NCBI GenBank assembly: GCA_943842245.1
Contig: CALTAJ010000002.1
Span: 271,596-335,595, forward strand
Source: an uncultured Flavobacteriaceae bacterium
GTDB lineage: Bacteria; Bacteroidota; Bacteroidia; Flavobacteriales; Flavobacteriaceae
Length of the DNA: 64,000 bases
Reading direction: 5' to 3'
The notes under the pieces: model-generated
What the model saw: the letters and a program-made list of their open reading frames with translations, nothing else
What the model was told of the DNA's origin: nothing
Database searches by the model: none
Program-made: the position numbers and the translations under genes
Part shown: piece by piece, positions 1-9,061 of the stretch
Numbering within the stretch: the first letter of the stretch is position 1
How the letters are laid out: every line of letters begins with the position of its first letter

Positions 1-861
1 AAGTCCAAAGCTTTCTTTTTCAGAAGGTAAAAGAAAAAGGTCGGAATAGCATAAAATTTTATCAATCTCATTACTATTTCCTAAAAATAGAACTTGTTCT
101 TCAAGGCCCTTTTCGTTAACATATTGAATAGCTCTTTTCTTCTCTGGCCCCTCTCCCACCATCATTAGTTTAGATTTAATTTTTAGTTGAACACCTTCAA
201 AAATTGAAATAACGTCCATAATACGTTTTAAAGGTCGGAAATTACTAATATGGGTTAATATTTTTTCTTCTTTTTCAGCTAAAAGAGATCTTTCACATGG
301 CTTACCCTTTAATTTAATTTTTTCGGTATCAATAAAGTTTGGTATGACATTAATATTCTTTTTAATATCAAATAATCGAAGAGTATCTTGCTTTAGACTT
401 TCAGAAACAGCAGTTACTCGATCTGAATGATTAATACTAAAAGTGACTGCAGGCTTATAAAAAGGATGGCTTCCAACTAATGTTATGTCAGTACCGTGTA
501 AAGTTGTAACAATTGGAATTTGAATTCCTGAGTCTAGAAGTATTTTTTTTGCCATATAAGCTGCATATGCATGAGGAATTGCATAATGGACATGTAATAC
601 ATCAATTTTATTAGCTTTCACTACATCTACTAATCTGCTAGAAAGAGCCAATTCATATGGCTGGTATTTGAATAATGGATAGTCTGGGACATTCACTTCA
701 TGAAAGTGGATATTGGGATCCTTTAAGGCCTCCAAACGCACTGGAAGATTATAGGTAATGAAATGAATGTGATGACCTCGCTTGGAAAGTGCCAATCCAA
801 GTTCTGTCGCAACAACTCCGCTTCCTCCAAAAGTGGGATAACATACAATTGCTATATTCAA
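1..861 (-). CDS. bshA: N-acetyl-alpha-D-glucosaminyl L-malate synthase BshA (GT4 glycosyltransferase); 3' end runs off the window
   Basis: Not in the ORF track (apparent TTG start, partial). My translation of the minus strand from 861 gives LNIAIVCYPTFGGSGVVATELGLALSKRGHHIHFITY...VTTLHGTDITLVG...MMVGEGPEK...LLPSEKESFGL. This is the typical BshA/GT4 N-terminus and the start of the E-x7-E region. Confidence 0.75.
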   Translation of the reverse strand, partial: MNIAIVCYPTFGGSGVVATELGLALSKRGHHIHFITYNLPVRLEALKDPNIHFHEVNVPDYPLFKYQPYELALSSRLVDVVKANKIDVLHVHYAIPHAYAAYMAKKILLDSGIQIPIVTTLHGTDITLVGSHPFYKPAVTFSINHSDRVTAVSESLKQDTLRLFDIKKNINVIPNFIDTEKIKLKGKPCERSLLAEKEEKILTHISNFRPLKRIMDVISIFEGVQLKIKSKLMMVGEGPEKKRAIQYVNEKGLEEQVLFLGNSNEIDKILCYSDLFLLPSEKESFGL

Positions 862-872
862 ATTATAATATT

Positions 873-3788
873 TTAATTGATTAAGGCTTCGTAAACAATT
901 TCTTGAATCCGAGTACGAATATTACTTTTACTGAAAGTTAAATCATCTTTAGGATAAGTTCTATTGGCTAAAATAACAATTATTATTTCTTTATCTGGAT
1001 CTGCCCAAGCATAGGTTCCTGTGTATCCAGAATGTCCAAAACTATTTTTTGAAACACAACCACTAGTAGATTGGTGTTTACCCTCAATTTGAGGCTTATC
1101 AAATCCAATACCTCTTCTATTTCCTAATTTACAATAATAACATTTATTAAATTTATTTATTTCTTCTCTATCCAGTAAATTAATCCCATTATAACTTCCT
1201 CCTTGAAGATACATTTGCATTATTGAAGCAACTGAATAAGCATCACCAAAAAGCCCGGCATGTCCACCTACTCCCTCTTGCATGGCAGCTCCCATATCAT
1301 GAACATAACCATGAAGTTTAGAATGTCGAAAATAGGTGTCAACTTCTGAAGGAACGATCTCTTCTTTTAAAAAATGTTGTAATGGTTGATAAGTTATTCT
1401 GTCTAATCCTAAAGGATTAAAAATATTTTCTTGAATCAAGTCTTTATATTTTTTACCACTTGTTTTTTCAAAATATTTCTTCAAAATATAGTAGGGCAAA
1501 TCGGAGTATTTTGAAGCACCTTCTTCTAATAAGATACTCTTTTTAATCTGATCGTACATATCTTCTTCAAAGTCTGATTTTAAATATAATTCTGAAGACA
1601 CTGGAAGAGAAAAGTTTTTTGAAGTTTTTTCTCTAAACATTGAACGCATTGGATAACCTTTGGGATTTAATGTTTCTTTATAAAAAGGAATCCAGGGAAA
1701 AAGACGTGCTTGATGTGAAAGCATTTTTTTTAGACTAATTGATGCTTTATTAGATTCAATCCATTCTGGAATTAAATCTCCTATAGATGTGTCCAAGCTA
1801 ATTTCTTTATCACCTACAGCTTTAATGACCAAAGGAAGTGTTCCCAATATTTTTGTTAGAGATGCTAAATCATAAAGATCGCTAGACTGGACTTTTCGTT
1901 TTTTTTCATAAGTATGATAACCAAAATTTTTATCGTAAAAAATCTTACCCTTTCTTAACAATAAGACTCTCATTCCGGGAGTCATTATGGAATCAATTGC
2001 AGCCTGAGCTAATTCGTCTATAGAATTTAATTTATTAGAATCAAATCCTAATGAAATGGCAGAAGCATAACCTGTACGATAAATAATGTTTTGATCTATT
2101 CCGGCCCCTTCTTTGTATGATTCTGAAACATCAACGGGTAAGCTTCCATTTAGCCTTTGTGCTCCAAAAAGTCCGTCTACACTTTGTTTTTGGGAGGCCT
2201 TACTGTTTTGATAACTTAATAATAAAACATCAATACCCTTGATTGATTCTAAAGCAGAAAGAGCATATGGTTTGACAAATAAATCTAAAATTAAAGTTTT
2301 ATTTTTTGCTAATTTAGAAATGATTTTTATTTCTTCAGAAGAGAATCCTGAGGCTTTCCAGGGAGTTGCGTTCGAACGGTGAAAACTTACAATAAGTGTA
2401 TCTAGATTAATGGTTTTTTCTAAAACATTTATAGATGTAATATTCTTTATTCTTTTAATAGAGTTATATTTTCTAAGATGATTTTCAAAGACTTCTCCAG
2501 AATCATCTCCTATAGCAATATGGCCTATAATAGATTTTGTTTTTAGGGGAATGAGGTTATTTTCATTTTTTAACAGCGTCAAGGCTTTGCCCATAGCTTC
2601 ATAATTTAATACCTCATCCTCAATCGTATTTAAGTCACTGTAAAGTTTACTTAAATCAATAGGTTGATATTTGTTTAAACCAGCTTTATATTTTGCTTTT
2701 AAAATTTTTTTAACTGAATAAGATAGGCGTTCTTCAGAAACTATTCCACGACTGTAAGCCCTAGAAATTGCTTTAATACCTTTAGGAATATCATTAGAAA
2801 TTATCAAAATATCATTTCCTGCTAAAAAAGCAGCTAAGTCAATATTTTTATACTTAGAATATTGAGAAACACCCTTCATGTTTAATGCATCAGTTACAAT
2901 TAGACCCTTAAAACCAATTTCTTCTTTTAAAATTCCCTGAATGATTTCTTTAGAAAGAGAAGTGGGTAAGCCTTCTTTAGATATGCTAGGGATATTAAGG
3001 TGAGCAACCATAACAGATGAAAGTCCATTTTTTATGAGTTGTCTGTATGGCTCTAATTCAATTTGACTAATACGATTAGCACTTAAATTAACTGTTGGAA
3101 GCGTTTTATGCGAATCTTGGTCGGTATCTCCATGACCAGGGAAGTGTTTGCCTGAGGTTAAAATTCCAGCCTCATGATGTCCAGTCATTATAGCCATAGC
3201 TTGACGAGTGACTCTTGATGAAGACGAACCATATGAACGATTACCAATAATTGGATTTTTGGGATTAGTGTTTATATCAAGAACAGGACTAAAACTATAA
3301 TGAATACCAAGGCGTTTTTCTTGTTCCCCCATCCTTCTCCCAATTTTTTTGAGTAGTAGAGTGTCTTTTATTGCTCCTAAAGTCATAGCCCAAGGAAATG
3401 GTTTTACCGAGTCTAAACGCATAGCAACTCCCCATTCGGCATCCATAGAAACTAAAAGAGGGGTTTTTGAAGCTTTTTGAAAACTATTAAGCCACTGAGA
3501 TTGAACTACAGGACCACCGAGGGAAAAAACCAAACCTCCAAGGTTGTACTCTTTAATTAAATTTAAATTGAATTTATAATGTAAACTATCTCTTTCTGAA
3601 AATACCATAGGCATAAATAACTGTCCAACTTTTTCTTTCAAGCTGAGGCCATTATAAATACTGTCGACCCATTTTGCTTGTCTATCTTGATTTTCAAAAT
3701 CCAATAATGGATCGGGAATTTGAGCTAAAACTAAAAATGGAAAAAGTAAAAAAAGAGCAATATTTTTAATCATGTAAGAAAATCTCAT
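873..3788 (-). CDS. Secreted glycoside hydrolase family 3 (NagZ-like beta-N-acetylhexosaminidase) fused to a serine beta-lactamase/PBP-fold domain
   Basis: 971 aa with a signal peptide (LFPFLVLAQ). It has the GH3 motif KHFPGHGDTDQDSHK. The C-terminal half carries an S-x-x-K motif (ASLTKILG) typical of class C beta-lactamase-fold hydrolases. Confidence 0.8.
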   Translation of the reverse strand: MRFSYMIKNIALFLLFPFLVLAQIPDPLLDFENQDRQAKWVDSIYNGLSLKEKVGQLFMPMVFSERDSLHYKFNLNLIKEYNLGGLVFSLGGPVVQSQWLNSFQKASKTPLLVSMDAEWGVAMRLDSVKPFPWAMTLGAIKDTLLLKKIGRRMGEQEKRLGIHYSFSPVLDINTNPKNPIIGNRSYGSSSSRVTRQAMAIMTGHHEAGILTSGKHFPGHGDTDQDSHKTLPTVNLSANRISQIELEPYRQLIKNGLSSVMVAHLNIPSISKEGLPTSLSKEIIQGILKEEIGFKGLIVTDALNMKGVSQYSKYKNIDLAAFLAGNDILIISNDIPKGIKAISRAYSRGIVSEERLSYSVKKILKAKYKAGLNKYQPIDLSKLYSDLNTIEDEVLNYEAMGKALTLLKNENNLIPLKTKSIIGHIAIGDDSGEVFENHLRKYNSIKRIKNITSINVLEKTINLDTLIVSFHRSNATPWKASGFSSEEIKIISKLAKNKTLILDLFVKPYALSALESIKGIDVLLLSYQNSKASQKQSVDGLFGAQRLNGSLPVDVSESYKEGAGIDQNIIYRTGYASAISLGFDSNKLNSIDELAQAAIDSIMTPGMRVLLLRKGKIFYDKNFGYHTYEKKRKVQSSDLYDLASLTKILGTLPLVIKAVGDKEISLDTSIGDLIPEWIESNKASISLKKMLSHQARLFPWIPFYKETLNPKGYPMRSMFREKTSKNFSLPVSSELYLKSDFEEDMYDQIKKSILLEEGASKYSDLPYYILKKYFEKTSGKKYKDLIQENIFNPLGLDRITYQPLQHFLKEEIVPSEVDTYFRHSKLHGYVHDMGAAMQEGVGGHAGLFGDAYSVASIMQMYLQGGSYNGINLLDREEINKFNKCYYCKLGNRRGIGFDKPQIEGKHQSTSGCVSKNSFGHSGYTGTYAWADPDKEIIIVILANRTYPKDDLTFSKSNIRTRIQEIVYEALIN

Positions 3789-3808
3789 TAAAAGAAATTA
3801 AACCTTCT

Positions 3809-4294
3809 TTATTTAATAAATCGATTGTGCCAACTTTCACGAGCAGGAACTTCCCAAAACTGTCTATAGTCCTTTATGGTATCTATTAAATTATTAAAAA
3901 CTATTGTTTCTTTTGAAACTGATTTAGCCTTTACCATTTTAATAAATTCATCTAGGGGCTTGTAAGCTAAAAAATCCCCTTGCTTAAAGGTAACATTCAT
4001 CTTATCCAAAAGAGTTACTCCATACTTAGACTCAAGATCTTGAATAAAACGAATAGAAGAATCAATTGAGCATCCACTTGCCTGAACAGTCTGTTGATTA
4101 ACACCAATTACAATAAATCTATTATAAGGCAACTCAAACCCAGCTTGTAAGTTTTGATTATGAGCAGTCCATTGAGCTAAAAATTTAGATAAATCGGCAG
4201 TTAGTGTTTTTAATTCAGTTTTTGAAAAAGAGCGATTTGATGGATATATCCAAATCCGAGAGTTGTCTGGTAAATTATCAAATGTTACATTCAT
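3809..4294 (-). CDS. Conserved hypothetical protein (161 aa), last gene of the Fe-S oxidoreductase cluster
   Basis: Long ORF whose start overlaps the stop of the upstream gene at 4294 (coupling). I recognise no catalytic motif. Confidence 0.55.
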   Translation of the reverse strand: MNVTFDNLPDNSRIWIYPSNRSFSKTELKTLTADLSKFLAQWTAHNQNLQAGFELPYNRFIVIGVNQQTVQASGCSIDSSIRFIQDLESKYGVTLLDKMNVTFKQGDFLAYKPLDEFIKMVKAKSVSKETIVFNNLIDTIKDYRQFWEVPARESWHNRFIK

Positions 4295-5079
4295 TATAAA
4301 TCATTTGCATTAGCAATTAATTCTGCAATATCCATAACCTCAGTCTTGCCTTCTTGATCTTTATTTTTTACTCCATCAGTCATCATCGTATTACAAAATG
4401 GACAAGCAGCTGCAATAATATCTGGTTGAGTTTCTAAAGCCTGCTCTGTTCTTTCAATATTAATTTCTTTGTTACCGCTTTCGGCATCTTTGAACATTTG
4501 AGCTCCACCAGCCCCACAGCATAAACCTTTTGATTTACAAGATTTCATTTCTACCAATTCTGCATCTAATTTTTTGATAAGATCTCGAGGGGCTTCATAT
4601 ATTTTATTTGCACGACCTAAATAACAGGGATCATGATATGTTATTCGCTTTCCTTTGTAAACTCCCCCTTCAATACTTAAGGCACCTTCTTTGATTAATT
4701 TTTTTAAAAACTGTGTGTGATGGATAACTTGATAGTTCCCTCCTAGTTCAGGGTATTCATTTTTAAGGGTATTAAAACAATGAGGGCATGTAGTAACAAT
4801 TTTGGTGACCTCATATTTATCCAAAGTCGATATGTTTTGCATTGCTTGCATTTGAAATAGAAATTCATTTCCTGCTCGCTTTGCTGGATCTCCAGTACAA
4901 GTTTCTTCTATTCCCAATACTGCGTAACTGGTGTTTGTTTGATTTAAAATTTTGACAAAAGCTTTGGTTATTTTTTTTGCGCGATCATCAAAACTTCCAG
5001 CACATCCAACCCAAAAGACAACTGATGCCTTTTTACCTTCAGCAGATAATTGAGCCAGAGTGGGGACGTTTAGTTTCAT
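4294..5079 (-). CDS. (Fe-S)-binding protein with two cysteine-rich CCG domains (HdrD/GlpC/LutA-like)
   Basis: 261 aa. It has two CCG-type motifs: VGCAGSFDD...CPHC and CCGAGGA...CPFC. Confidence 0.8.
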   Translation of the reverse strand: MKLNVPTLAQLSAEGKKASVVFWVGCAGSFDDRAKKITKAFVKILNQTNTSYAVLGIEETCTGDPAKRAGNEFLFQMQAMQNISTLDKYEVTKIVTTCPHCFNTLKNEYPELGGNYQVIHHTQFLKKLIKEGALSIEGGVYKGKRITYHDPCYLGRANKIYEAPRDLIKKLDAELVEMKSCKSKGLCCGAGGAQMFKDAESGNKEINIERTEQALETQPDIIAAACPFCNTMMTDGVKNKDQEGKTEVMDIAELIANANDL

Positions 5080-5081
5080 GA

Positions 5082-5531
5082 TTAAGAAGGTGATTTATCG
5101 TCGTCAAAAACTTCAATTGTAACTTCTTTTTCAATCAAATCAGTAAACTTTCCATTATAACGAGTTGCTTTAACTAAATGGTTATCGATCCAATGGTAAT
5201 TTCCTCCGCGAGGTTTTCCCATAACCAAGCTATGGTATTTAAAACCATTATTTTCAAGCCAATCCTCGGTTACTTTTCTGTGATCCTCTACACGAGAAGT
5301 AAAAAAACATATTAAATGACCTTCATCATACCATTTATTTAAGGTTTCTAATGCGTCTGGATACAATTTAGCAGTTGACATGCGTTCAGGCTCCTCATTT
5401 GGAATATCATCGCAGATAGTTCCATCGATGTCAATTAAATAGTTTTTGACACCCTCGGGAAGAACAGGACTTATTAACTCTCCATCTTCAATTTTCTTAT
5501 GTAAATAATTCTCAGCTTCTTGTCGATTCAT
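5082..5531 (-). CDS. Small HAD-superfamily phosphatase-like protein
   Basis: 149 aa with the DxDxT motif (LIDIDGTICDD). It is tightly packed between the two Fe-S genes. Confidence 0.6.
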   Translation of the reverse strand: MNRQEAENYLHKKIEDGELISPVLPEGVKNYLIDIDGTICDDIPNEEPERMSTAKLYPDALETLNKWYDEGHLICFFTSRVEDHRKVTEDWLENNGFKYHSLVMGKPRGGNYHWIDNHLVKATRYNGKFTDLIEKEVTIEVFDDDKSPS

Positions 5532-5545
5532 TTAAATTGTTTTAA

Positions 5546-6865
5546 TTATTCTTCATTTGCCCATTGCAAACGATCTTGGTTACTAAAGGGCCACGGAGCC
5601 CCATTATTTTCAACATTAGCCATCATGGAATTAAGCTCTGATGGTGCTGCTGATTGTTCCAAAGTCAAATATTGTCTCATGTCCATGATTATTGATAAAG
5701 GATCAATTTCTATAGGACAAGCCTCTACACAAGCATTACAGGATGTACAGGCCCAAAGCTCTTCTGGACTAATATAATCATTTAAGAGTTGTTTTCCGTC
5801 AGGTACAAAATGACCTTTATTTTTATTTATATTGCTACCTACTTCTTCTAAACGATCACGAGTTTTCATCATAACAGCCCTTGGAGATAGTTTCTTCCCT
5901 GTTATATTAGCTGGACATTCGCTGCTACATCTACCACATTCAGTACAACTATATGAATTCATTAATTGAACCCAGCTTAAATCAAAAACATCTGAAACGC
6001 CAAATTTATCAGGGGTTGTTGGAGATGCTTCAGGTATTACTTCTTGTGGATCAAGCATAAGCTGAACCTCTGTTTTTATTTGTGGATTAACTTTAAATTT
6101 TCCTTTAATTTCAAGATTAGCAAAATAGGTATTAGGAAATGCTAAAAGTATATGTAAGTGTTTTGAGTAATAAAGATAATTAAGAAAAATAAATATTCCC
6201 GTAATATGAAGCCACCAGAAGGTTCTCTCCAAAAATATCAATGTTTCTAATTCAAATGAATCAAATAAAGGTGTCAAAAATTGAGAAACGGGAAAACTAC
6301 CTGCTTTAATATAATTAGTCGCTCCTAAATCTTGCAAAAGACTATCTGTAGAGTTCATTGAAAGAAATAAAATCATTAAAACTAATTCAAAATATAATAT
6401 ATAGTCAGCATCTTGTTTAGGCCAGCCTTTCATTTCATCTTTCCAGAAACGTTTTATTTTTAAAACGTTTCTACGAGTCCAAAAGAAAAATACTGCGATC
6501 AAAACAAGTAAAGCAAAAACTTCAAACATAGCAATCAAGAAATTATAAAATGATCCAAGGTAGGGTGCGAAAAGACGATGCTTTCCTGTTAAACCATCTA
6601 AAACAATCTCAAGTAACTCTATATTTATAAATACAAATCCTATGTATACAATTAGGTGAAGAATCCCTGCAATAGGCCGACTAACCATTTTTGTTTGGCC
6701 AAATGCAACACGAAACATATTTTTCATTCGTAGTGACGGAGAGTCATTACGATCTATATCTTTACCTAGATTAATGTTCCTTATAATTCTTTTTAAATTT
6801 CGTGTAAATAGGCCCAAGCTGCAAACTACAAGTGTGAAAAAAATCAGGTTAGGCAGATAAGCCAT
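5546..6865 (-). CDS. Membrane-anchored (Fe-S)-binding protein with 2x[4Fe-4S] ferredoxin motifs (HdrD/DsrK-like N-terminal half)
   Basis: 439 aa. The N-terminal half has multiple hydrophobic helices. Motifs CTECGRCSSECP and CTSCNACVEACP are present. Confidence 0.8.
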   Translation of the reverse strand: MAYLPNLIFFTLVVCSLGLFTRNLKRIIRNINLGKDIDRNDSPSLRMKNMFRVAFGQTKMVSRPIAGILHLIVYIGFVFINIELLEIVLDGLTGKHRLFAPYLGSFYNFLIAMFEVFALLVLIAVFFFWTRRNVLKIKRFWKDEMKGWPKQDADYILYFELVLMILFLSMNSTDSLLQDLGATNYIKAGSFPVSQFLTPLFDSFELETLIFLERTFWWLHITGIFIFLNYLYYSKHLHILLAFPNTYFANLEIKGKFKVNPQIKTEVQLMLDPQEVIPEASPTTPDKFGVSDVFDLSWVQLMNSYSCTECGRCSSECPANITGKKLSPRAVMMKTRDRLEEVGSNINKNKGHFVPDGKQLLNDYISPEELWACTSCNACVEACPIEIDPLSIIMDMRQYLTLEQSAAPSELNSMMANVENNGAPWPFSNQDRLQWANEE

Positions 6866-6880
6866 GAAGCTATAATTTTT

Positions 6881-7807
6881 CTAATTAGTTTTTTCTTTTC
6901 GTCCGAAAATCGAAAAATGAATATAACGCTTAGGGTTTTCCTTTAAATCTGTAAGTAAAGCATCTAAAGCTTCAGAAGAATTTACAAGATTATCGTATAA
7001 TTTTTTATCCTTAAGAATCATTCCAGCTGAGCCCTCACCCGATTGTAAATCATAAATAATTGATTTTAGTTTAGATGAAGTTAATTCAAAGTTTTTAACA
7101 GTTGCATTTAAGGGCATCTGATTTAATGAATCTGTTAGTCGACTTAAATTACTACTTACATCGCCAAGATTGTTTAAGGTTTTATTTAATGCCTTTTCAT
7201 TTGTTTCAACAATACGATTCATATTTGATGATAGGTCATTAATATTTGAAATCGTAGAAGATAATCCCTCTAATGCAGATTTAAGATTATTTTGAGTTTC
7301 AAAATTCATTACATTACTAACTCCAGCAAAAAGGGAATCTGCAGATGTTAGTAAACCTTCTATCTTATCTTGCAGAGGAGCAATTTGTTGATTAACAAGC
7401 TCTGTTAGACCTGGCTTTACATCAGAAGGAAGTACATCGTAGTTTTTAATAATATTTTTAGGGTTATATATTGGTATAACAGCAATTGACTTTCCTCCTA
7501 TCAAACCCGCTTCATAAAGTTGAGCAACACTTTGATTAGAAAAGGATAAGTCTTCTCTAAGACTGAAAGTTACTTTTATTTTATCATAATTTTCATCGAA
7601 GTCTATTTCTTTAACTTTACCTACATTAAGACCGCTAATTGTAACATTGGCACCAACTACTAATCCTTCAATATCATCATAAAGTGCGTGAAGTGTTTTT
7701 TCCTTATTCAATAGAGATGTCCCTTTCAGGTAGCTGAATCCAAAAATGAAAATAATAATACAGCCAAGAATTAAAATTGCTGTTTTTACTTCAAGGGAAA
7801 GGTTCAA
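6881..7807 (-). CDS. MlaD/MCE family protein
   Basis: 308 aa with an N-terminal TM helix followed by an MCE core (LHALYDDIEGLVVGANVTISGLNVGKVKEIDF) and a coiled C-terminus. Confidence 0.75.
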   Translation of the reverse strand: MNLSLEVKTAILILGCIIIFIFGFSYLKGTSLLNKEKTLHALYDDIEGLVVGANVTISGLNVGKVKEIDFDENYDKIKVTFSLREDLSFSNQSVAQLYEAGLIGGKSIAVIPIYNPKNIIKNYDVLPSDVKPGLTELVNQQIAPLQDKIEGLLTSADSLFAGVSNVMNFETQNNLKSALEGLSSTISNINDLSSNMNRIVETNEKALNKTLNNLGDVSSNLSRLTDSLNQMPLNATVKNFELTSSKLKSIIYDLQSGEGSAGMILKDKKLYDNLVNSSEALDALLTDLKENPKRYIHFSIFGRKEKTN

Positions 7808-7861
7808 AATATTTTTAATTTAAAGTCCTAAACAAATTTAGAAATAATTTCTTTACTATCA

Positions 7862-8998
7862 TCATTTTAAACGATCGAGTGCTTCGCTTACTGATATTTT
7901 TATTTCTCCATTAAACGCAACAATAAATGCTTTTGAATAACCTTTTTTCTTTGCTTCTTTAAGTTTCTTTTTTGCTTTTTCTAATGTTGAACTTTTACCA
8001 AAATAATACCTGTAAAGTTTACCAGATTTTGAACGAGAAAGGTTTTTCAAACCTTTGAAATTAAAAGGTTTTAGATCAAGCTTTTTTTTACTTGCAGCTA
8101 TTTGAATTTTAAAGTATACTTCGCTATGATTTTCTTTAGAAATAGATTTAGATATTGTAGTTGAAGTTATAGCGTCAATTTCAAAACTAGCAGCTCGATT
8201 CTTTTTATAATTAATAATAGCTTTTGCAATTGCATTAGCCATATTTAACTGGCCCTTTTTTGAATTCAAATAAGAGCCTTCTGAAGCATTTGTCAAAAAA
8301 CCAGTCTCAACTAGAACACTGGGCATGTAAGTGTATTTTAAAACAATAAACCCCGCTTGTTTAACTGTACGATCCTTTCGACTAAGATTATTAACAAAAC
8401 TTTTTTGAATTGTACTCGCTACATCTATACTTTGTTCTAAATACGTTTGTTGCATTAAAATTAAACTAATAACAGATTCAGGATCATTAGGATTAAAGCC
8501 GTCATAATTTTTTTCATAATCTTTTTCCAAGAAGATCACAGAATTTTCCTTTTGAGCAACCTTAAAATTTCGTTCATTTTCATGGAGTCCCAAAACAAAA
8601 GTACCAGCTCCAAAAGCTTTAGGAGATGTGAAAGCATCACAATGAATTGAAACGAAAAGATCAGCATCAGCTTTATTAGCAATGTTAGCCCTTTCAATTA
8701 AACCTACAAAAACGTCAGATTTACGTGTATATATAATCTTAAAGTCATTTATTTTTTCAAGTATTTTACCAATCTTAAGTGCTATGCTTAGAGCTATTTT
8801 CTTTTCGAAATATCCATTTCCTCTATTTCCAGAATCATGTCCTCCGTGTCCTGCATCTAATACGACGACGAAGGGTTTTTCTTGTGATTGTATATCATCT
8901 AATCCACCAAACAAAATAAAAAAAGAAGAAAAAACGCATAAAACTGTTTTCTGAAGTTTTTTAAAAGCGAGAGAATAAGGGAGAAAATCTTGATACAT
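7862..8998 (-). CDS. N-acetylmuramoyl-L-alanine amidase (Amidase_3/AmiC type) with a C-terminal SPOR-like domain
   Basis: 378 aa with VVVLDAGHGGHDSGN...EKKIALSIALKI...VSIHCDAF. The C-terminal region (FKIQIAASKKK...) is SPOR-like. Confidence 0.85.
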   Translation of the reverse strand: MYQDFLPYSLAFKKLQKTVLCVFSSFFILFGGLDDIQSQEKPFVVVLDAGHGGHDSGNRGNGYFEKKIALSIALKIGKILEKINDFKIIYTRKSDVFVGLIERANIANKADADLFVSIHCDAFTSPKAFGAGTFVLGLHENERNFKVAQKENSVIFLEKDYEKNYDGFNPNDPESVISLILMQQTYLEQSIDVASTIQKSFVNNLSRKDRTVKQAGFIVLKYTYMPSVLVETGFLTNASEGSYLNSKKGQLNMANAIAKAIINYKKNRAASFEIDAITSTTISKSISKENHSEVYFKIQIAASKKKLDLKPFNFKGLKNLSRSKSGKLYRYYFGKSSTLEKAKKKLKEAKKKGYSKAFIVAFNGEIKISVSEALDRLK

Positions 8999-9061
8999 CC
9001 TTAAAATTATCGTTAATTTTGATAGTTTAAACCGAATTAAACAAATTTAGGGTTTATCGCT

